Assembly: GCA_002633005.1 (NCBI GenBank)
Contig: NMRA01000086.1
Location: 408,817 to 472,816 of the forward strand
DNA: 64,000 nucleotides
Source of the DNA: Phoronis australis
Lineage: Eukaryota; Animalia; Phoronida
Reading direction: 5' to 3'
Below the pieces are notes generated by a model, which worked only from the letters and a program-made list of their open reading frames with translations, searched no databases and was not told where the DNA came from. Both the position numbers and the translations under genes were made by a program. This document shows, one piece after another, positions 24,159 to 36,100 of the stretch. Position 1 is the stretch's first letter; each line of letters starts with the position of its first letter.

Positions 24159-27100
24159 CTGTAGTGGGCAAATAAAGAAACCAAAGACTTGTCTAAATGT
24201 GACAAACAAACACTTTAAAGCAAACAAAGAGCAACTGTCTCGATTTATCAGATTGTTACAGCTAAAATGCTTTAATACAACATAAACAATTCAATACATA
24301 GACTAGGGGTGTGTTTCAATGACAAGCCTACAAAGAATTCCTCATATGCTTCACTCTTGTGTGTAAAACTTCATTCTTGTGTGATTTTTCTCAAACGAAA
24401 TAAGAAACTGAAATGCTGACTGATGAAAAATTTCTATTCCAATGAAAATTTTCTTTGCGTGCCTGCATAGCCAGTGGTACACTAGACACACTTTGAGAAC
24501 AAGCCCCACCCTGACCCAGTACATCCCTACCAGCCCAAAACAGATAGACATACCTCACATGGAGTCAGGCCCTCCTGCTTGCTTGGTTTTTCATACTTGG
24601 CGCGCATGGCCGGAATCCAAGAGGCATCCACTTTCTTATAGAAGATCCTGGCATCTGGTGCCGCCAGCACATAGCCGCAGACACCTTCGTCGTCCTCCAG
24701 CACAAAGCAGTATTCGGGGCTCACCGTCAGGAACCCACCCACAAGCCTGGCACACATAAATAAACCAAATAAGCTCTTACAAAAATAGATCTATTCCCTG
24801 TAAACAGGCCACTGGCCCCTTATTAAAGTGGAACTTGCACGCTAATTCCTTATCTCTGTGATTGCTTGGTCAAACAACAAATAGCCACGATGTGAATATG
24901 AAGTACATTGAAAATTGCCAAATGTTTTTAAGAATTTGTTTTGTGTTGAAAATAATCCACCGTAAATAACTCAACTGTGTGCAGTAAGTATGATGAAGTG
25001 GTGTTGGGGAATAACACTACATGATGTGGGCTAAGTGAGCCCCCTAGGTATGTCATTAGAGCAAAAGTCACCCACTTGCAGAAGTTTTTGTTTTCACATT
25101 TACAAGTTGTCAGTGAATACGACTGCACTTAGTTTGGTGTAGATGATGTTCAAATAACATTGTCGTTTACTTCCTGCTATAAATTAGCATAAATCGGAAC
25201 ATGCAAATACATCTTTAAAGAAAAAGATATAAGGTGCACGCACACACGCACGCACACACACACACTGTAAGGCCATTTTGAGTCAGAAATAAATGAGAAT
25301 CAGAAATGTTTTCGGAATCGGCTTGACGCTGAACAGGTTTTAAGTGACAATGTAACTGAGTATTGGCAAGCCTGCTTGCTATGATAGACAACGAGACTAG
25401 ATCAAAATACGGAAGTTACTGTGAACAACAGATAATGCTGCCTTATGCAACCACATAAAAATTTGCATCCTTCCAAGGTGACTGTGTCGTGTTTATGTTT
25501 TTAGCAATACTAGGTGAGGATTTGCATGTGACATGGCTTCATTTACATAATTTCTTAGCGAGGTCATAGAATCGATTTTACAGTCTTGCAATCTATTTCA
25601 ATTCCATGTTTTTTTAGCGACAATGTCAGTGACAAGTTGTCGAATCTTTGCATCACTACTCAGAAATTATTTAGTCTTTAGTGTACATGAGTGATGTGCC
25701 TAGAAGTTTCTTCTCCATAATTAAAATGTGACAAATAAACACCAACACTGTTAGCAAACTGCAAACACCATGTCACACAAGTATTGATTTGCCTACAAGA
25801 TGCTCATCAACAATGGACAACATTGAACATGACTCACTTGTCAGCAATGAGCTCCGGGTGACTAACAAAGACCTCTGTACCATCGAACCCATCCTCACAC
25901 GTCTTCAAACAGACGTTGTACACAGCACTCTGCAGAAGATGTCAACACACAGTATGACCACAGCACTTAAGGGAGCAATCACATATTACATCACCACTAG
26001 CGGGGGGGGCATTGGAAATGATGATGATTTGTGGCAAGGGACAGGTGGGGTGAAAATCATGATGACGTTTATTAGAATATCTCCAACACAATACATATCA
26101 TTGTTAAACTGGTTCACCTTCAAGTGCAATTGACAAAGTCCAAGACTAGAACCTGCCATGTCCCGCTTCCAAGATTTAATCCTATTTTACTAGGCATATC
26201 TTATAAACATGGACACAGCTGCAGACAAATGACAGCTTCACTCCATCACTGCCTATCAATACAGTGACATTAAGCATTAGGACATGATCAGGATGTCCAG
26301 CGATAATCGTGATCAAGTTTTGCAGAGGATGGGACTTACAATGTGAGCTTGTTGAGCACGTATGCAGAGTTGTGAATTTAATTTGTTTCATTATTACATT
26401 TAATATGCCAGAATTGTTTTACCTTGCTTTCATACTATACCTCAAGTTTCATTCTTAAATCTCGAGTTTCACACTCCAGATTGTCGATTCAGTGGAGACT
26501 GGCCACAGAGTAATGAACGACAATATAGTGTTGTAACTTAATTTTAAAAATATTAAAGGGTGCTGTTATTAAAACGTTTTGCTTTCCCTATCCTTATTTC
26601 TCTGACACAGGTATGTAACGTAAATATTCATTATTTTAAGTAAAACGTTAAGTTATACAACTGCATATCACTATTCTACAACAATAAATAATTTCAATAT
26701 TACGTCTTAAATATTGTTGAAATTTGCCACTTTTCTTGATCGGTTTCACCGACTTTGGCGTCAAAACATTTTTTAGTTGCCAGGTTGCAAACAAAATGTA
26801 TTTGGGTAGCGGACATGACATATCATCAGTCACAGAAGGAATAGCTATTGTTACTCAGGCCCACTTCTAATTTAAGAAATTGACTTCATTCATGCAATAT
26901 GACATGAAACATTAGAAAACGATGATCTGATAGTTGAAATGGTGCACTTTCGTTGCTGAATACAACAGTAACAAATTCAACTTATGATTATAAAGAGACA
27001 TTACTTTTTTATAAGAACCATAAAGACAAAATCTCCAACGAACAGTCATTTCTTCCAAAAAAAACTGTTACAATGGTTGGTTGTGATGAAGCAATTATAG

Positions 27101-30100
27101 GCTGGAGGGGGGTTATATCATGATGACTGGTGATGACAGAGGGGCGGAAGGGGGAGGTAAAAAGTGGCAAATCTTGGATGACGTAATATGTTAATGCTCC
27201 CTAACAAGATCACTAATCAGGTAAATAGAACAGAACTGTGTACATCAAAAGTGTCCATAGAAAACAAAATTAAGTACCACAAATTGTTATTAAACAAAAA
27301 ATATACAAGAAGGTAAAAAGATGCATCACCAATGCTCAACAAAAATAAAAATTTAAAATAGTTACATATGATTTTAATTCACAAAAATTTTCCACATCAT
27401 GGCTGTCGGGAGTGGGCCCAACCACGCTGTCGAAAGAACACGCGTTTGTGATGGACCTACAACAGTCCATCAGTGATTTTTTGTTTTTGGCCATGCCTGC
27501 AAAGGCACCTTAAAACGGCCAATGGTTTTCAAAAATGCAGCTGAGATAGCGATGTGACTATTTCATCAACTTGCACTTCACAGGACAATCAAATAGAGAA
27601 GAGTTGAAACGACATGCCTACCTCATCTGAAGGCAAGTATGGTCGTATGGTGAACACCTTGCAGTTGGGTGTGTCTGGCACCTTGATGTTGAATAGGTCG
27701 TACGCACCTTCACAAGGCAACAAACGCTGTAACAGAGAAGGGACGAATAGAGTGAGAGACAGCAATGAGTTGGTTTGTAATGAGGCAAAGCCGAGAAGAG
27801 ACTGAAAGGCAACCATCAAGTAGTACACAAACAAGAAATCACAAATGGTTATACTGTATGTGCAGGCTGATGGGCAAATGAGAGAAGATGTCACTATTAA
27901 CAACTGATGGTGCCAATTGTGAACTTTCTCGTCACGCCCATATCAAAAGGACAAACCTACATTGACAAACGTAAATCAATGATCATGTCCACATAAAAGG
28001 AAAAGCATACACCTCAATGTCAACACAAAAGACATCATTCAGAACAGCATAAATCTCTCATCTGCTGCTAATGATCAGCTACATTGAGACCACTGAAAGA
28101 AATTCACCACGTGATTAGACATGACTGGACACTGTAACTCCAAGCCAACCTGATGCTAATGTTTGACTAACGAACACAAACCAGCATGATGTCGCTACAA
28201 GTTCCCGACCCCAAGGCCACTGACCCGAGGCAAAAGGATAAGACACAACTGAAACACATCACTAGAAAGCCACAGCGACATTAAGCCACAAGGAGTAATT
28301 GAGGCACACAATGCAGTAGAGCACATAGTGTCACACAAATAAGATCAACTCTCAGTCAGAGCTATACATACTTGCAGTTCGCCTGTGAGTCCCCCACGGA
28401 ACACCCACGGCTCCTGGTCCCCGCTTACAAACGCATCCTTGTAACCTTTGGTAGACCCTGTTAACGGACAATGGTACAGCCAGTTAGTAACCTGTAGTGC
28501 TGCTGAAAGCCTGACAATGACCGGCCCTCCCGAAACACTGGCAAGGCGACATCACGCCGTCGTCTCGGGTAAGTTTTATGCAAAGTGTCATTAACAGAGA
28601 TCCAATCTAAACTACTCGCAATCGCTTCCACTCGCAGGTATTGCAGCGCGTTTGTTGAGGCGCATAATGCGTTGACCTCGCGCGTCTTCGCAGTGGGTAG
28701 CCTGACGCAATGCACGCAGTGCGCTGGTGCCACTGAAATCGCTGCTTCTCTGTAAAATCATCTCGATTACAAAAATACACTTGTATCATGTCAGCAGTTT
28801 CAAAAATGTATTAGTCACATTTTAGTTTTCATTCATCTTCTAACTTCTAATAACAAGCTATATGAATTCAAGATCCAGAAGCAATAAGAAAACGTTAGCG
28901 CTCAACTAAAATCCATCAACTCAATGTGTGACGATACATATATGAAACAAGACATGATAACTATGCTCTCAGATAAAAGAGCCCTGCTGTGAAATTGACA
29001 AGAGAATGACAATAAAACAATGGTAAAACCTGAATAGAAAATAAAAATTAGTCGCTTCACATCTCTTCTGTTTGTCAGGCGCACGCTGCTCGTTTGCTGC
29101 TTATGTTAAAGCACCGCAGGCTTCCTGCTTATGCGCACGCGCGCGCGCGTTACTGGTGAGCAAATGCAAGTGCTCGCATTCAATGCTCATGACGCAAGCG
29201 CAACATTACCTACCGTATACCATGTTCGACAGATGCACTGATGAGCCAAGCCACAACACGAGGGACATTATTGTTAAAAAGAAATAAACTAATATCACAG
29301 TAGAGTTACAATACTCTGTAGTTCGTACATGAGACAGATCCGTTCAACACCATCCGCTTCGACAGGCACAGGCTTCCAACAGCTAGACAAGGAAAGAGAA
29401 AACAGAGACAGATTAGTATATGGTAGAGGCAAGTGATATTATACTCGGCTTGTTTTGAAAACTGCACTCCAGCAACACTGTGTCACTGTGATCACACGGA
29501 AACGTTCATGGCTAAGAACAATTTTCAAGTTAACAGCTACGATTTATCTGCTTCAAATCTCCCAGCCTGTTGTGTGTAAACTCCAAATTCAGAATGGGCG
29601 CAGGGCTTCATTCAGTAATATCAGTCACTTGCTATAAAACATAAGTGGGGAGTTTTCGGGGTGTCAACGCACAGTTTTCTCCCACAATTAATCATTCAGA
29701 CGAGGCCGTCCAACCAAATTCAGTAGCTGCCATTTTGCAATCTTGCTCACGAAACACTATAAAGATCTTTTTTACACAAATATAGCCTTGCACATTTGTG
29801 CTAGACTCGCACCCCACCCAGATTACCAAGCGTTAAATCTCTGCTACAGAATGCCAACCACACACAAATGTAAGCCTGTTGACAGAAATCAGAAACTTAT
29901 AAATGGCATGTTGGTAAACATCACTTCTTCCACTTGGCGATCTGCAAATTTTAACCAGAACAGTTGGTGGTTGTTGGTGCTCTCCGACACTTGAAGAGTG
30001 AGATGGGCATTCACAAATGGAAAAAGCAGAACGATAGCTACAGATGAATGTAGAATTGATTTTATTTAGTTCAGTAACTCTTCCCTTGCTGTCGTGGAGC

Positions 30101-33100
30101 CACTTCAACCACCAACCATCGGCAAACATGAGTCACAGGCTAGTCATCACCATAGTAACTCTCATTTCATTACATGACACAGGTCGGCACTCTGTAGACA
30201 AGAGAATCATGCATGGACAAGGGTGCGTTTGCGTTTTGTGTAACTGGCGTGCGACGTCAGATGCGAGCCGATCGTCCTACGGTCAGATAATAGCGTAACA
30301 ACATCAGCAAATGTCTGAAGTACCAGTCGCTCATTGCCTGTATTGTTTACAAGTACAAGAAATACTAATCTGAATATCTGTTGCATGATGGGCAGTTTTA
30401 CAGCCGTTGCCAAGCAGTTGTCACAACAAAAAGTAACTGAATGACTGAGTCTAAGATTATGACAAACATGTAAACATGAGGAATTTTAATGAACGTGAAA
30501 GAATGCCCCGCTTAGCACACATATTCACTACACTAACAAAATTGGAGAATGTCCGCAAACACTAAAGGCAGTGGGAAGATTTCTTGCTTCTTTGAAATGC
30601 AACCAATTGGGATAGGATGTGATTAAAGTCGAGAAAAAACGAGAAGTCACTATGCTGACAGCATATTAAATAATCCCACGGCAGGTGGTGAAATCAAACC
30701 AGCGACTTCATGGATGAGAACGTATTATGAAAGATGAACTGCTCTTACAAATAATAATGCCTGTTGCAATGACACCGAAACAACTATTACAGAAATGGCA
30801 CAAGTTGGTGATAAAGCAATGATCCTAAGCCTCGTGCCTAACAAAATGTGTGATTTTGTACTCAAGTTTCTGGCATGAGATACTGCTTTATGAGAGCTAA
30901 ATGTCTATGGGCAAGCATCCCCACATCTGTCTGTTTGTGTGTATATGTGTGTGTGTATGTGCGTAAAACAAGTTATGATGAAAGGCACTTATGACCTACC
31001 TAGCCACTTCGCGAAGGAGTTGAGCAGACCCAGAACACCCCTCATGTCCCAGATATAGGGGTAGAGATCATAGAGAATGCCCCGGTGGGGGATCTTGATT
31101 AGCCTGTCGCACATGTCCGACACCCGCTTCACGGACTCGCCGAATGCCTTGGCTTTGTCGTGCCATTCTACAGTCTGAAACAGCGAGTTATAAAAGGGCA
31201 TGGTTAATATTGGCAAGGTCAACAAAGTTAATGTTTTATTGATGAGTCCATGAACGTGTACATATGCGAAAAAAGCCTAACCTACAATTCTAAAATTCTA
31301 CAGTAATGTCTTCAATTTATCAATATCTGAAAGCCCTGAAAAATCATTGTGTGCGGAATTTCTAGACAACGAGCCTCACCACTATGTTGGTATTTAGCCG
31401 TGGCTGTACACTTCAAACTTCTGCAGTGCTTCAAAAAGAACGCAAAAGTTTTGCTGATCTTGCGAGGAACGTGTCCTCCTATGGTCATGCCTTTCAGAAC
31501 AGATGCAGCATACGGGATTGTATTGTATCTTTCCCGTACAGATCTTCTCCCTCAACAGGAATCCAGATTACTTTGTACACGTAAAAATCGCGAATCGAAA
31601 CTTTAATTAACCATGTTAATGAGCACGTGGCGTGCGCTAAGGCCTACATATATGTAGGCCTGCTACTCTGATGACAGGCACGAGCTCGCTCACTCGGTGC
31701 ACACCTGCAGACTAACTTCTAAACAAATGTCACGTGACAACTTGTGTGTTCGTCCAGACTTTTCTTGTGTTAAGGATTGCGATCTAGCACAAATTAGGGC
31801 TTAATATGCAGCTAATCTCGACTCCACAGGAACTTAAAAATCTTAGGTACGCTACTTGAAAAACTTAAGGAAGATTTCAGGTAATTTGTCGAGTCGAAAC
31901 TGTATTTGTACTCAAGAGTTCAAGATGCCTTATCGACGATCGCGGAGAGGCGACAAATCAGTCGGCAAGTTTTCGCCCTGGGATTTCAGCTCATTTTTTT
32001 AAAAAGATCGTAATTTAACAACAAAGTTTGATAACAATGCACCAGAGTTTTGTAGAAAGTCTGTCATAAGTTACAGATACGTCACAGCATGTTAATTTGA
32101 TGAATTCTAGCTTCCCATTTCACCCGTTTCGGAGATCGGGCGTGCATTCAGTAAGGCTAGGACCTGGCTAAAATCTAGTCATAGTCACATGTTCTCATTC
32201 AAAATACACGGCAATGTCTCCCGTAATCTCACGAAGTCTTGCTTTTTATCGAGGTCCTAGCATTACCGCCTTAGGCTACAACAAGCCCCCNCCCCCCCCC
32301 CCCTAATTCCGAAACAAATTTTTCTAAGCACCCTGGGTGCTTATTAGGGCGAACACGGTAGCCCTAATAGATGGTGACATCAGTGCACGAAATGATGATT
32401 TTTATTGACACTGGCAGCAAGTTTGAGGTGGCAGACACAAAAGGCCTGGCGACTGAACTTCGGGCTGGACAAGTAGTTTCTGGCTCACTCACCAAGCTGG
32501 CGAGCAGGGTTTCGAAACCTGGGTACATCCCTGCACTATCCACAAATCTGCGTCAGGAATGGTCTTCTCATCAAGCAGACTCAAAAATTTAATTAACAGT
32601 TCAAGGGCTTCAAACTTACGAGCACAGCATGGCAAACTGAGGGTAGCTTACCTCAGGTAGGTGGTTCTTTCTAGCTTTGCCCTGTACAAGGCTGTGTGAG
32701 TTGGTTTTCAGCCAGTGGAAATCCGTTAACAGCTTGACGCCCTCGGCACCATGTTCAAATGGCATGTAAAACAAGTCCACCAGTAATGCCACATCATCTG
32801 CACTCAAACGATCACACTCGGCCACACTGATATCTCCCACATTCTCCACCTGCATTACCTCGGTCTCTTTGAGCTCGTCTGTCACCTGATCAGAAGTCGC
32901 GACCTCCGGTTCAGCATCCATGGGTTCTGGTGGCAATGGCACAGCAGCCACCGGACTATTGCACTGAAACGATGATGATGCGTCCACTAGAGAGTTCACA
33001 ATCTCCTTGGTGACTGGTTGCATGTAAGAGTCACTACCGTCACCATCGAGCCTGTCCAATTGGTTAGCATTGGTGATTCCAGTGAATGGTAGGGTGTTGA

Positions 33101-36100
33101 GGGGGGAAGTATTGGGCAAAGACGTGGTTGTGGGGGTGAGGGTCATGCATGTGTTGACGGGGGCAGGGACTATCGGCACGGGCAAGTCAGTGGGAGCCCC
33201 CGCAGAGGGCACGCAAATCTTAGCCGCAGTGTTCACCTCCATCCGTCGGTACATTTCCTCCAGCCAATCCTTAATGGCGATCTGTAGGGCAACACGTGGA
33301 CAGTAGCCATCAGTCGTGCATGGATCATCACCAACTGAATCTACTTCACCCTCCTGCTCCAGCGCAATGTCGGATGCAATGGAACTCTTTTCATCTACAA
33401 CAACAGCGATATCCACATTTACAGTAGAGCTGAAGTGGTGAACAGACAAGTGAATATATCAGGGCTTGGAATGACCCATGACAAAAAAGAGGAAACTTTT
33501 TACTGCCCCAAATACACACTGCAACCTAAACAACCATACCTCAACAGATCGAAAGTAAACATTATTATGTCCTGTAACTGTGTCGTGTTGCATTCATTAT
33601 AAGCAGTACCTGACATCTATTTCGGCAACAATAATGAAGGCAACAAAAAAAAAAATTTAAATTAAAATAATAAAGATACTGATGCAAAATTTGCAGTGTT
33701 GGTGACAGAAGGCTATTCTTGATTTGCTGCAGGGAGACCTATAAAATTATTTTCATTATTTTAAGTTCTTATAATTACGATACAAAATTAAAAATTTTTT
33801 TTTGAAAATTGACCCTGATTATCTGGAAAGCCTGAAATACATACACATTTAATTCCAACGCAAAGGAAAAAAGTCAAGACGAAAACCTGTGGCTCATACC
33901 CCAACTATTAGCATCAAAAACAACATACTTTAAACTACAGAGCACATCAATCACAATCCCAAGTTGACCAAACTTTTCAGTTTGAAACAGCACTTACAGG
34001 AGATAATTGTTCATAAGCTACGCTGGTGTAGAACAAACTATGTGACATAAGAAATAACTACAAGGACACTCAAAGTAGGCTGGCAGAATTTGTAAACAAT
34101 GGCTTGGAATGGCAACTTAAAACACATTTGCAATAACGAAAATAGCACTTTGTATCCAGCTTCGGCGGCATGTGGAAAATCGGCGGAGCCGGGCTTAGCA
34201 GCCAACTTGGCAACTGCCGGCACGGGCTTGCACGTGGGATCAAACAAAAGAATTTCACACATCACTCACATCCCACGATTTCAATCCAACGAATTACCGG
34301 TTATGGTTGAATTTCCCTTCAGAAAGCGTTTTTCTTTCTTGTGTTTCATCGTTTTCAGGTGGTTCTCCGCGATTCGGCCACGCACGCCGTAATTCATCCC
34401 TCTGTCAATGTTTACAGAGCACAAACCCAGACCTTTGTTGTTTGCAAACACTTCGATTGTTTGTTTAATCCTATTTTTCCACGAAATATTCTGTCTAATC
34501 CAAGCTCCACGCATTTTTGGCCGCAGAATCGCACTATTTGTCACCGCCATTAATACCATATGCAGACGCCATTGATGACCCACGCAATCCCAGGTGCCCC
34601 GGCAATTATGATTTTCGTTCCTCCAAAACATAAAGAACACTTTCCGCTTATCGAGTCGTCGAAAATTTTATTTTTTCTGTGGAAATACTACAAAAATGCG
34701 CGGAGGGAACGAGAGAAAAAAGCAGAAATCCGCGTTTCCGTGGAAAATTCCAAGCCTAGATATATGTACAACTGAAGCATGACCTAAGACAAACTTGCAA
34801 CTGTATATCAATCATTGGTACTTTGAAATGAGCATCAAACTGAGAAACTCAAATGCACGTATCAGTCATCCTTGCCAAGGAAAGCAATACACTTCATGAC
34901 TCTGTATCGGCAATATTATGTCGCGTCATAGTGGTAAATCCACTATGCATATTCACTGTATCCCAGAGACTACTCACTGGAGACGAGATCTTTCTTGACC
35001 CCTTGATTGTGCTTGCTCCACTGAGCCAGCGTGTGTAGGGCTATGTAGTTGGCTTCAAACTCACAGTTGGGATTGGTCAGAACGCCATTGAGGTAAGGGA
35101 TCAGGTCAGTCGACCGTCCGTGGTACGGCCCCAGGAACAGGCGTTTCTGATCATAATCGTTGGCATGTATGTTGTCCCAGATGACAGGTGGTCGCCTGAG
35201 AACCTTGGATAATTCCTCGATGGACTCTATGGATATCTTTTTGGAAATCACCTTTGGGCCTAAAAATGAAGCATAATTAGGTTAGCATGGAAGATATGTC
35301 CAAAACCGACACAATACATCTATTCTAAATAAATAGGCTGCTGCTTCCTGTTAAATGACAAAGTTTTAACACTGAATCTGCCAAGCAAGTTGTTCCACAC
35401 AGATGCTTATTTCTGTACCAGTGTAAATGCGAGTTGTTTCCGATCATCTAGACATGAGCTATCAAAATCAATTAAAATCCCTTCTAAAACCTATGGCTCA
35501 CCTGTCCACATGATGTCTATGTCAGGCAACAGCTTAGTGCCAATAGTGTTCAGGTACTCAGACTTCTGCACACTGGGCACTGCCCTGGACGCACAGTACT
35601 CTGTAGGGCAGTAGAGGAAGCGGGGCTGGTTCAGGTGCTGGTATACCTCATTGGTCACGGACACCTGCGCCTGGGCAAAGGACTGGAACACTTGCTTGTC
35701 TGCCTCACACAGCTCAGGCTCAATGTCGTCGAAGAGTAATGCGAAGGCTCCACAGCCAAACGTTGACACCTGAGAATAGGATGTAGCAGGGTATGAGAAC
35801 TAAAGCCAAGGTTAAGTTTTAAGATCCATCGCCTGAAGCTCTTTGAAAAAAGAAGGACCATTACAGAAATAAAAAAAAATACTGGAATAGTATCGTAACA
35901 AAAAGCAAACTTTTATTGTCGTCTCTTTAATGCCGTCTATCATCTGAAGACTCAGTGTTATCACGGTCCATCGGCTGTCAGTTGGCCTCACGACTCCCTG
36001 TTTTCACTTTGAAAATGCAACTTTCCTTCTTAACATCAAATGTTAATAATCTGAACTAAACGGAAAGATCTGACAAAACAACTATTGATGCCTGCAAGAG

